DNA of 64,000 nt, from assembly GCA_951406725.2 (NCBI GenBank), contig OX597826.1:56668001-56732000 (forward strand). The letters are read 5' to 3'. Made by a program: the position numbers and the translations under genes. Shown piece by piece: positions 1 through 11,295 of this stretch; within the stretch, counting starts at the first letter, position 1; each line of letters opens with the position of its first letter. Source of the stretch: Octopus vulgaris (taxonomy: Eukaryota). The notes below the pieces were generated by a model. It was not told where the DNA came from, ran no database searches, and worked only from the letters and a program-made list of their open reading frames with translations.

Positions 1-631
1 ACAAAACTACTGAATGTGCTGAGAATGTAACTAGTGTTTGAATAAAATATAATTGAAACTCAACAGTTAATTTCTGAAATCTTTTATTGGGAAGGAGTGG
101 TGGGGGGGTCTAACTCAACATGCCACTAAGTTGCAACAATGGTTTTTTACACAGATGTCAAACACTAGGAATATAATATTTGCCAACCAATAAATCAAAG
201 CCAAAATGGTATTATTTCAGCGAAAGCTAGGTGATTCTTTACCCAGAGTTTGTGGAATTCTACCCAAGAATTCTAATGATACTTTTTTTAAAAAAAAAAA
301 AAAAAAGCATTATCTTAAAGAGCGAAGCTCTATATGCATACAACACATCCTTGCTTTATGACCTTGGATAGTGGAGATGTACATGCACACACATGCAGGC
401 TTCATGACTTTCAATAGAAAGAAAAAACACATAGGCACACACTCTTGCATCATGACTTAAAGATAAAGACATATATGCTCACATATGTATATGCACAAAC
501 ACGTTAGATAAAAAAACACAAAAACCCAGTTCAATATGACCATACAAACCATAACCAGTGGTCAGTATGCATGTAAACTCATGTAGTATAAGAACTTCGC
601 ATGAAGAAGGAACAGTATTGATGTATTACAT

Positions 632-850
632 ATTGTTTTTGTGGTAGCTGATTAGCCCTAAGTGAGCCCTGATTAAGCAATGATGGTTAAAAATGATCTA
701 GTTGAGGTCACTTTATCTGGCTTTCAGGAATAATGTATCTAAGACATTAGAATTCATAATCTCCTTTTGTTATTTTCTAAAAGAATAAGGTATATGATTT
801 GAGGGTGATTTGGCAGTTATTTTTGGGGGGGGTTGAGTGATTCAAAGTCA
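632..850 (-). mobile_element. Ancient ~230-bp dispersed repeat (family H), degenerate copy
   Basis: Similar by eye to the reverse complement of 25150-25389 (TTAGCCC..AGTGAGCCCTGAT..TATGAT..AAA; TGATTTGAGGG.GATTTGGC.G.TATTT). Confidence 0.55.
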
Positions 851-1017
851 CAATTTTCTTTTTCTTTTAAATAAAACTTAATAATGGAAACACCTCATCT
901 TCTCTTATACATACACAATTCGACCATAACATAAATATAATTTGGTATGGTTGTGTAACCATTGTAGAGTAGCCATTTGTCAACCAGGAATAAGTATAGG
1001 TTGATATCATATTCTTC

Positions 1018-1404
1018 CTTTTACTTGTTTCAGTCATTTGACTGCGGCCATGCTGGAGCACCGCCTTTAGTCGGGCAAATCGACCCCGGGACTTATTCTT
1101 TGTAAGCCCAGTACTTATTCTATCGGTCTCTTTTGCCGAACCGCTAAGTGACAGGGATGTAAACACACCACCATCGGTTGTCAAGCAATGCTAGGGGACA
1201 AACACAGACACACAAACGCATATATATATATATATATATACGATGGGCTTCTTTTCAGTTTCCGTCTACCAAATCCACTCACAAGGCTTTGGTCGGCCAG
1301 AGGCTATAGTAGAAGACTCTTGTCCAAGGTGCCATGCAGTGGGACTGAACCCGAAACCATGCGGTTCGTAAGTAAGCTACTTACCACACAGCCACTCCTG
1401 CGCC
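1018..1404 (-). mobile_element. tRNA-derived SINE, family A, full length
   Basis: The minus-strand head GGCGCAGGAGTGGCTGTGTGG has an A box and a GGGTTCAGTCCC B box. It has an internal (TA)n(TG)n and a 3' end ...GAAACAAGTAAAAG. It is near-identical to the copies at 25971, 53334, 54414 and 58181. Confidence 0.93.
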
Positions 1405-3135
1405 TATGCAAAAATTTATGCAAAAATTTATGAAAAAGGAAAGGGATTTCAACTTCCTTCTAATAATATTAGAACTACTAAACAACACTCATACTTCTAG
1501 GAGGAAGTGGGGAAATCCCTATGTGTCAAAGATTCACAGTGTATCTTAATAAAAGATAAATTTTAGATTTAAATCAAATTGAGTAGATAGTGGAAAATAT
1601 GTTGGGGCTAGAAAGCAGTGACCCAAATAGACTTAGGACAACATAGTAGTTTGATACAGCAAATGCATATGTTGATATTTTTAATGCTGAGCCACCTTCT
1701 TAGTTCAATTATATTCTATCTTTCATGCGTGTTGATATCATTGCACTTCCTGTAGATCAAACCTAGCTGATTTCGCAGGCAAATTTTCTATGGTGTCAAC
1801 TTTTCTATGAAATGAACGATATTTGACAGTATTTAGATGAAAATTACAAGAGATATTCAAATTTATTCTATCTAGAACTGGAACCTTCCACATACCTTAA
1901 AATCATAGAAGATTGTTGTTGCAGATGAAAATAGAAATAAACTCCCACTGAACCAAGTTTCTTTTCCCAGTTCAGTTATGGTCATCTCTTTCTCTCTCAA
2001 TCTCCATCACTAATTCCCCAGGGAAAGCCAGGGCTTTCACACATGAGTGTTTTCCTCAAACCCTATAAATATGAGACCTTCTGACTATGTGAGAAATCTT
2101 TATCACAGTCTAGCAAGCATTTTGCATAAAAATGATGTAGTTGGTATGATAAGTCAGAAAGCATCATTAGGTAGGCACTGAAATGAAGCGTAAAAAAGGC
2201 TTAACTTAAATACCAAAACTAAACCATCACCTCCACCACCACCACCACCACCACTACCATCAGAGAGAGAGAGAGAGAGAGAGAATAGAATGTGCATCAC
2301 TATAAATAATGCAAGAGTTTTGGTGAATCATGAGCTTCAGAAATACAGGAACCAAAATTCAAATGAACAAACAGAAAAAATGTAGTAGTAGTAGTAGTAG
2401 TAGTAGTAGTTGTAGTAGTTGTAGTAATAAATAAAAGAAAAAGGAGAGAAAGTCTGTTAACCTTAGAACAATAGTAGCAGGAAACAGATTCACCATTTCT
2501 TCAGATAAAAACCAAAGTCTGCTATACTTGCATGAAAAATCTAGAAACTTTGTCTATCACAGAACAATAGTTCCAGGAAGCAAAATTCACCATTTTCTTC
2601 AATAATTAAAAAAAAAATAATAACAACAATGTATATGTATGTGCACATACAAAAGTCTTCAATCCTTAGAAGGAAACTTAATATGTCTGCTGAGCTCGGA
2701 ACAATAGATGCAGGAAGCCAGCCTGCCAATCACAGTCTGAAGTGAAGCAAGTCTGGCATTCTTGAGACAATACTCGACAGTCTGTCTGTAGAACTGACAA
2801 ATGTTTTACAAGATGGATGTTTTTCTCAGGCAACTAATGTTCATTTTCATTTTGTCTTCTGTCTCAATAATTTCAAGAAATATAGTGAATTTATCTACGT
2901 ATATAAAGATATGTCCACACACACACACACACACACACACACATGAGTGAGGGAAGGAGAGAGAGAAGGAGAGAGAGAGAGCAATTACTATTTTTGGTGA
3001 TAGAAGGATTTACGGTTTGAGAGAAACTCAGAGTAATGACGAAGTGCATGTTCTACTATACACAAAGGAATAAAACTTCAGTACAAGTTTGTATATCTAA
3101 ATATGTATTTGTGTGTTTATGTATGTATGTATGTA

Positions 3136-3185
<50 letters not shown>

Positions 3186-4144
3186 GGTGTGCATATATAG
3201 ATATATATGCATATATGTGTGTGTATATCTCTGTGTGTGTATATATATATATATATGTATATAAAAAGGTTCTTCTATGTGTATCTATGATAAAACAATA
3301 CTAGAGAGTGGATTGTCTAATACATGAATGTGTGACAGAAGACAGAAGTAGGGGAGAGAAAAAGAGAAAGAGGGTGAGAGACAGAGAGGTAGAAAGAAGG
3401 AAAAGAATGTGTAACATCAGAGAGATTCCTGTGTTTCCATATTTTCCAATTCCAGCAGTTTTCAATGATTCAAGCTACTTTTCCCTCATGATTCACATAT
3501 ATCTATCATCAATCCATCAACAAAAACAACAACCTCACTACTATCTACAACAATAACAACAAATGCAACTACCACCTCTATACTATTGCTATACCTTATC
3601 TAGAACCCCAAATACCGACACCACCAGCAGCACCACCACCACTAATATCACATTAACCTACATAACTATGACCATCCTTTCTGCAACCACTGGCATCAAT
3701 TCTGCCACAACTAACAACAACTAGAAGGCACCACTGCAACAACCACCACCACTACCATAACAGCGACACAATTTCTTGCTCAATTCAAGAGAGGTGAGCA
3801 AAAGTTTTCAATCTTATCAAAATTTTAAAATGTAAACGATGACACTTTTGTTGACAAAAGTGAAATATCTATCTTGGTTTTGAGCAGAAATCAATGAAAG
3901 AAAAACAATAAAAATAAAAAGGGAAAAAGTGCAATAAGTTTTTCTTAAATGAAATAAAAACATACAAACAAAAAAAAATGCCCCATGATTCTTGTCATTC
4001 ATTTCAGGAGAGAAAATGTCAATTCAAATAAATATTAGAAAAAAAAGGAAAAAAAATTTTTTTTTCAAAAATATTCTTGTTGCTATGCTCCACCACACCA
4101 CCCCATACCGCACACATACATACAATCATGTGGGGCTAGGGTAA

Positions 4145-4184
<40 letters not shown>

Positions 4185-4438
4185 GCACACAGACGTACAT
4201 ACATGCATGCATACACACACATATGCATGTGGGGGTGGGTGGTATACGTGACATTTAAATGTAACAGTTGTTTCTTTCACAACAATGATAGATGACAATA
4301 ATGATGATCATTGTACCATATTGCTGCTGATGCTGATGATGATGATGATGATAAAAAATAATAAATCAATGAAGATGATAAAAATAATAATAGTCTTAAT
4401 AACATTATAGGACAATGATAATGTTGAGAATAGTTATG

Positions 4439-4469
<31 letters not shown>

Positions 4470-4522
4470 CATTTGTGATGATGATGATGGGGCTGACAAT
4501 ACAACTACCAGAAAACAAAAAC

Positions 4523-4603
<81 letters not shown>
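4523..4603. repeat. (AAT)n microsatellite within a GAT/AAT low-complexity block (4325-4635)
   Basis: Direct reading; explains the poly-N, poly-I, poly-L and poly-Y ORFs. Confidence 0.97.
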
Positions 4604-4604
<1 letters not shown>

Positions 4605-4826
4605 TGATGATGATGATGATGGTGATTGTGGTGATGGAATGGTGTTGGAAAAGCCAGTATATTTGTATGTTAGTGTATCTATTGTCAGAAGTGTGATTAG
4701 TAACAAACAATAACAAAAAAAAATCTCCAGAAAGGATATTGTCTGTCAGTGTACAAATTATACTTTGTACAATTGAAGGCTTTTATTATCAAATGTTTCT
4801 TTGTATTGTGTTTCTGTATGTGCGTG

Positions 4827-4890
<64 letters not shown>

Positions 4891-5008
4891 CATACATACA
4901 TATATACATACATACATACATATACATATATATACATACATACATACATATATATATACATACATACATACATACATATATATATACATACATACATACA
5001 TACATACA

Positions 5009-5042
<34 letters not shown>

Positions 5043-5171
5043 CATACATATATATATACATATATATACATACATATATATATATACATACATATATATA
5101 TATACATATATATACATACATATATATATATACATATATATACATACATATATATATATACATATATATAC

Positions 5172-5214
<43 letters not shown>

Positions 5215-5224
5215 TACACACACA
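4827..5224. repeat. Compound (TA)n/(TACA)n microsatellite
   Basis: Direct reading; source of six overlapping spurious ORFs. Confidence 0.97.
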
Positions 5225-5534
5225 TCGACAAATATACAGTAAGTGGATGCAAGGTTTTCTTTGAAGGATTTGTGGTTTTATATCCAGTTTTTTTTTGCCA
5301 TGCTCGTGTAAAGTAGATTACTAAATTTATCATCATCACCATCGTCATCATCTTTCAATGTCCGCTTTCCATCCTAGCATGGATTGGACAATTTGGTTTC
5401 ACAAATACACATATTAGAGAGTAAGTATTTTTGCAGCTGGATATCCATCCAATCACTAACTGTAAAGTACAGTTGGTAACTGTTGGCAGTCAGCCAGAAA
5501 GGAGAGAGAAAGAGAGAGACAGACAGAGTCAAGG

Positions 5535-5762
5535 TTTGTTGATTAGTCTTAGGTCATCATGGATCAAGCTGACTTATCAAACAAGTTCCAACTACGACCA
5601 TTTGGCTTTGTATATTTTCATTTCTTATATCCTGTATCTCTTATGAAATTATCTAAAGTGTCCCTTTTATTATTTTTTTAATTTAAATCAGCAGAATGTG
5701 ATTTGAGGAAGATTTGGTTACTATTAGTAACAGGGTGAGTGACACATGTACAGGTTCCCTTG
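5535..5762 (-). mobile_element. Family H ancient repeat, degenerate copy
   Basis: TTGTTGATTAGTCTTAGGTCA...GTGATTTGAGGAAGATTTGGTTACTATT...GGTTCCC matches the other H copies. Confidence 0.55.
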
Positions 5763-5837
5763 CAATATTAACTGGGACAATAAGAGTTATATGCCTTGTC
5801 TAGGTACACTCCCTAACTGAATCATGGTAGTTCAGGG

Positions 5838-5886
<49 letters not shown>

Positions 5887-6413
5887 CACAGAAAGATGTG
5901 TTTCTTATATGTTTCTTGTCTGTGTATTGATGAATAACTAGTTAGATATCCCACTATATATGGTTAGTCACAAGAAGATACTAGCAAAAGCACTTCTCCT
6001 GGTATCCAACATAGAACTATAACATATTATGAAATGGTATAGTTACTCAATAAATCCCTGTATATATATATTAATGCTTACACTGCATTGCATGCATTCA
6101 CGTTGCTTTAGTAGGATCTTGGCAATGACTCAAGTTTCATGTTTGTTGGGGAAACCACTTCATTTAGGATAAACAAAGCTTAATTGCTTTATTCATTCAT
6201 CAGGCTGCCAGGAAATACTACCACCACACTACACCACATCACACCACACACACAATATCAAGAATGCAGCATCTGAAGATCAACCAATAACTGTATAACT
6301 TTCTTACATTGACATAATACTAAAATTTAAAGATTATACAGAAATGTTCATGCCTTTCTTTTAGAGTGTTGAAGTTTTAAGAAAACTAGTTGACATACAT
6401 AACAATAACTTAC

Positions 6414-6449
6414 TTGGGGTGGGGGTGCAGGGATTGGCGATGTTTATAT
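6414..6449 (-). other. Candidate 36-nt cassette exon of an unidentified minus-strand gene
   Basis: The minus strand reads ttctaaatttccctgaaattgttattgctctcag|ATATAAACATCGCCAATCCCTGCACCCCCACCCCAA|gtaagt. The length is divisible by 3 and two frames are open (INIANPCTPTP or YKHRQSLHPHP). Splice signals are the only evidence. Confidence 0.3.
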
Positions 6450-6523
6450 CTGAGAGCAATAACAATTTCAGGGAAATTTAGAATAAGCAAGTAACAAAAC
6501 TGACCAACACACTACAGGATCTT

Positions 6524-6903
6524 GTGGAAGCACTCCATCGGTTACGACGACGAGGGTTCTGGTCGATCCAGTCAACGGTACAGCCAGCTCGTAAAATTAA
6601 CGTGTAAGTGGCTGAGAACTCCACAGACATGTGTATCCTTAACGTAGTTCTCGGGGATATTCAGCGTGACACAGAGAGTGACAAGGCCTTTCGAAAAACA
6701 GGTACAACAGAAACAGGAAGTAAGAGTGAGAGAAAGTTGTGGTGAAAGAGTACAGCAGGGATCACCACCATCCCTGCCGGAGCCTTGTGGAGCTTTAGGT
6801 GTTTTCGCTCAATAAACACTCACAACGCCCGGTCTGGGAATCAAAACCGCGATTCTACGACCGCGAGTCTGCTGCCCTAACCACTGGGCCATTGTGCCTC
6901 CAC
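6524..6903 (-). mobile_element. tRNA-derived SINE, family D, full length with 12-bp TSD
   Basis: The minus-strand head GTGGAGGCACAATGGCCCAGTGGTTAGGGCAGCAGACTCGCGG has an A box and a GGTTTTGATTCCC B-box variant. A perfect direct repeat CTACAGGATCTT lies at 6512-6523 and 6904-6915. Confidence 0.92.
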
Positions 6904-7794
6904 CTACAGGATCTTATCTCCTATGCTATGACACTCATTGAGGAAGAATTATGTTAAGATTGTCTATTTAATACAGAAGCCATCACATAAAAAGAGGGAT
7001 GCTCATGCTTCTCTTTGGAATGTTCTAGGCAGAAATTGAGCTGACTGCAAGTAGGAAACCGAAGTGGCTTAGATATTCTGATTTCCAAGAGCTTACTTCT
7101 ACTCCATATAACTCACTAGTTCTTCTGATAATATATTGATTAAAATCTAGCTCAGTTTTGAAGAAAAAATAATAATAATAATCAGGAAAGGAAAAAAAAA
7201 AAACCCTCAAGTAATGAGGTTAATATGCGATTAATACTTCTTAAGTGAAAGAACATCCAGAAGACGTACACACACACACACACACACAGAGACTCTAATC
7301 CTGGAAATCAACTGGCTAGTTAACAGACAAGAGAGCACACTATCACAGTAACAGTGCAATATTTATGTAGACAGATAGCTTTTGAAAGGAAAATATAATA
7401 TCAATACATTAAAAACATCAGAGACACATGGAACAACAACAATAACAACAACAGCAAGCATACAGACACCAGGATATCAAAATCAGCGGAAAGATATCGG
7501 TATATTTAAGAAAACAGAGACTAAACAATAATGTATTTTAAAATGTGATATCAAATAATGTTTTTTTTTTTTTAGTTGATATTTTTCTTTTCGTTATACT
7601 TTCTCAGCTGTTATGTCAGATGGGAGTGAAATAAAACACTACATATGCCTATTAAATCTTCGTTGAAATTTATATCCAGAGAAGAAGCTTGAAAACATGA
7701 TATATTATACATAGTCTATCTTTTCAAACAAACAAACAATGGTTGGTACATTATTTCAAAACATTCCGAAAAATGCTCAGATATAAAATTAATC

Positions 7795-7829
<35 letters not shown>

Positions 7830-7866
7830 TAATAATAATAATAATAATAAAATTTTAATAATATTA

Positions 7867-8095
7867 ATCATCATCGTTTAACGTCCGTTTTCCATGCTAG
7901 CATGGGCTGGACGGTTCAACTGGGGTCTGGGAAGCCAGAAGGCTGCACCAGGCCCAGTCTGATCGGGCAGTGTTTCTACAGCTGGATGCCCTTCCTAACA
8001 CCAACCACTCCGAGAGTGTAGTGGATGCTTTTTATGTGCCACCTGCACAAGTGCCAGACGAGGCTGGCAAACGGCCACGATCGGATGGTGCTTTT

Positions 8096-8097
<2 letters not shown>
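7867..8097 (-). mobile_element. Family E retroposon, 5'-truncated copy
   Basis: The reverse complement matches 35150-35385, including the (GAT)n tail, the GTTAGGAAGGGCATCCAGC block and one full pseudoknot motif. Confidence 0.9.
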
Positions 8098-8166
<69 letters not shown>

Positions 8167-8170
8167 TAAT

Positions 8171-8382
8171 GGTGTCAAATTGTGCCACAAGGGCAGCAAT
8201 TTTGGGGGAAGGAGATAAGTTTATTACATCAACCCCAGTGTTTCACTGGTACTTAATTTATCAACCCTGAAAGGATGAAAGGCAAAGTCAACCTCGGTGG
8301 AGTTTGAGTTACAAATGTAGCGATGGGTGAATTACTGCTAAGCATCTCATCGAGTGTGCTAGCAATTCTGCCAGATCACTAC
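8171..8382 (-). mobile_element. SINE family B, older variant between (AAT)n tracts
   Basis: Core CTGGTACTTAATTTATCAACCCTGAAAGGATGAAAGGCAAAGTCAACCTCGG is shared with the 30630 and 38588 copies. Confidence 0.85.
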
Positions 8383-8386
8383 GTTG

Positions 8387-8454
<68 letters not shown>

Positions 8455-8833
8455 CTTTCTAATTTTGACACAAAGCCAGCAATTTTGAATGAAGCCATTT
8501 AGTCAATATCAGTGATTCCAGTATATTTGACTAGTACTTCATTTTATCGACACAAAGAATATATATATTCTTATATATATTATATAAGAATATATATATA
8601 TCTATATATATCTATATATATAATCTATTTAGGAAGGTCTTCTGGCCTATTTGACTTGTCTGAAAAATAGCAATATGTCACGGAAACTGCAGAATAAGAA
8701 GCCACAGGACCAGCCAAAGGAAACTATTGTACTTCATGTTTGTACTGAGTATTCTTCTCTGGAGCATTACTCAACAACAGAGATACACTCACATACATAT
8801 GTTTATACATGCATATATGAATACAAATACACT

Positions 8834-8891
<58 letters not shown>
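8834..8891. repeat. (GATA)n microsatellite
   Basis: Direct reading. Confidence 0.97.
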
Positions 8892-9059
8892 CAGGGAATC
8901 CCTGTATGTATACATTTTGTTTGTACTAATGTATGCCATGTGTGTCTATACATCACAGAATCCTGGAAACTCATTCAAAAGAAGATTATACTTGCGTGAC
9001 AACAGGGTTATGTAGTTTTTATTATGTTTTTGAATGTTGTAGAACTTTCCCAAATGGAT

Positions 9060-9100
9060 ACTTACCTAAAAAAGAAAAGAAAAGAACAGATTTAGAAGCA
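9060..9100 (-). other. Candidate recursive splice site (3' acceptor fused to 5' donor, junction 9066/9065)
   Basis: The minus strand reads TGCTTCTAAATCTGTTCTTTTCTTTTCTTTTTTAG|GTAAGTATCC: a long pyrimidine tract, TAG, then a consensus donor. Confidence 0.5.
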
Positions 9101-9550
9101 AACCTTCAAATTCAGTTAGCATTTTTTTTTTTTTTTGCTCTCCTTCCTTCTCAGTTTGTTAATTATTTCTGAGAATGGTAGAAGACTACAAATTTCTATG
9201 GTAACAATACAGTCAATTGAGCAAACACTTGTACATGCTGCTGACGGAGTACATATTTAATCAACAATGGATGATGAATGAAAGGCAAAAGTTGAACCCA
9301 GTAGGATTGGAACTAATAAATAAATAAATAAATAAATAAATTAATAAATAAATAAAAAAAAAAAAATAAAGGTACAGAAATAAATGTTGGGGGTATTTAA
9401 TTCATTTCTGTGCTCTACCTGTTTAGGCCAATCTATGGCTTTCTAGTTTGTTTGAAAATAACAAATGGAATATTGAGAGAAAAGTCGCTGAAAATTTTGG
9501 AAGAGAGCATGTTGTTATATGATGGGATACAAGATTATGCGATGGGTGAT

Positions 9551-9724
9551 CACTAGCATAGCTAGAGTGTGTGCTGCCTGGGGCAGCCCTTCATTTTACC
9601 ACCCCCAGGCTCCCACAAAAAAAATATATATTACCTACAGCAGACTCAAGAGTGGTGCTGCCCCCATAAAAGTAAAACCCAGGGCAGATTGCCCCCTCTG
9701 CTTCCCCCTCTAGCTATGCAAGTG
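9551..9724. mobile_element. MITE with ~17-19-bp TIRs, hAT-like
   Basis: Left end CACTAGCATAGCTAGAG; right end reverse-complements to CACTTGCATAGCTAGAG (1 mismatch). The 8-bp flanks TGGGTGAT/ATGCTGAT match only 5 of 8, so the superfamily is tentative. Confidence 0.7.
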
Positions 9725-9748
9725 ATGCTGATGCATTTTCAAATGATA

Positions 9749-9977
9749 TTAACCCTTTCATTACTGTATTTATTTTGAAATGCTCTGTGTTTCTTTCAAT
9801 TACTTTAAATATTACAAAGAAATTAGTAAAATAATTTGGTTATCATTCAGCTAGTGTTAGGAACATAAATTGTGACTAAGGTTTGATGGAAGATTTTAAT
9901 TCAAAACTTATGAAAACAAGACATTTGTATTACAGAACCAGAGCCAGTTTCAGCCGGGTTGGTAACGAAAGGGTTAA
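9749..9977. mobile_element. piggyBac-type MITE, family P1
   Basis: TTAA at both ends (9749-9752, 9974-9977); TIR CCCTTTCATTAC vs CCCTTTCGTTAC; second copy at 19507-19735. Confidence 0.92.
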
Positions 9978-11005
9978 TAAGCAAACACATGAAACCATTC
10001 TATATTAAAAAATAGTCCTCTATTTGCTCCAGAGGAACTAGTATAATTTCAAATAAACCTATTTCTTAACTGCTTTCTGCTGAAATGAAATCATACAGAC
10101 CTCTCTAGTATATAATTCTATATCATTGCTGTAGTTACTGGTTAACAACAGGTCAATCCTGAATCAAACAGACCAGCAAACAAATGGGATCCAGCTATGT
10201 TCATCACATCTTATTTCTAGATATAGTGTATCTAAGGCTATATTATCTTGTTGTGTGTCCTTTAGCGTTGTTTTTTAAATTTTTTATAACAGATGCTAGA
10301 ATAGGAATAGTGGAAAATTTGGGTACTATTTCTAGCAACCACATAGAGCTCCCTCTCACCCTCATTTTAAATCAGTGATAGTAGCCCATTACTGTCACCA
10401 TGCAATACTTTAAAGCCATCTGGTCCTTTAAAGATAAGAATAAACAAAGAAACTTAACCCCGTCAAGTTAATTAAATAGCTAAATAAAATGACTTTCACT
10501 TCTTCCAAGGCTTAGTGATGAAAACTATGGTAAATAATACATTTTCCTGATGGGGAGAGGCTGTTGGATGGGGTGTGACATAATTAAAAAAGAACTATCT
10601 GGGAAAAAAATTTGAAGGAAGAGAAAAATAGAAAGGAGGCTATAAAACTGAAATTAGGACCAAGTATAAACAAAGTTGGGAACTTTATAGTAGATTTATA
10701 TGTGTGTATATGTATTTACAGTATGTGTTTAGAATATTTGTGTTTGTCACCTAACGTGAAGTTGGCTCCAATTGAGTAAACTTATGATCAAAAATATTCT
10801 GTATAGTGGCCTTAATATATGTGCGTATATGTGTGTGTGTGTGAGACAGAGAAAGAGCAAGAGAGATCATGTTGAGAGTAAGAGTGAAACACGTATGATG
10901 GTCTTTCAGAGAGAGGGATACAACAGACTTCACATGCATGAGAACATGCATGTGCATGCTTACATGCCTATACATGTGTGTTATATATATATATATATAT
11001 ATATG

Positions 11006-11045
11006 AGATAGATAGATAGAGAGATAGATAGATAGAGAGATAGAT

Positions 11046-11122
<77 letters not shown>

Positions 11123-11123
11123 G

Positions 11124-11198
<75 letters not shown>

Positions 11199-11202
11199 GA
11201 GA

Positions 11203-11234
<32 letters not shown>

Positions 11235-11295
11235 TAGATAGAGAGATAGATAGAGAGAGAGATAGATAGATAGATAGAGAGATAGATAGAGAGAA
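11006..11295. repeat. Compound (GATA)n/(GA)n microsatellite
   Basis: Direct reading; explains the SIYL-repeat ORFs. Confidence 0.97.

Noticed and set aside
867-1433. Recurrent peptides such as KETDRISTGLTKNKSRGRF and GTEPGTMWLVSKLLTTQP seen in several ORFs
   Set aside because: They recur because they are frames through SINE family A copies, not a gene family.
4277-5351. Many long overlapping ORFs (up to 197 aa) rich in Y/I/H/T/M/C/V, and similar sets at 10751-11424, 14405-14963, 24490-24877, 36467-36749 and 37234-37765
   Set aside because: They are translations of stop-poor TA/TACA/GATA/AAT microsatellites in several frames at once, with no protein-like complexity.
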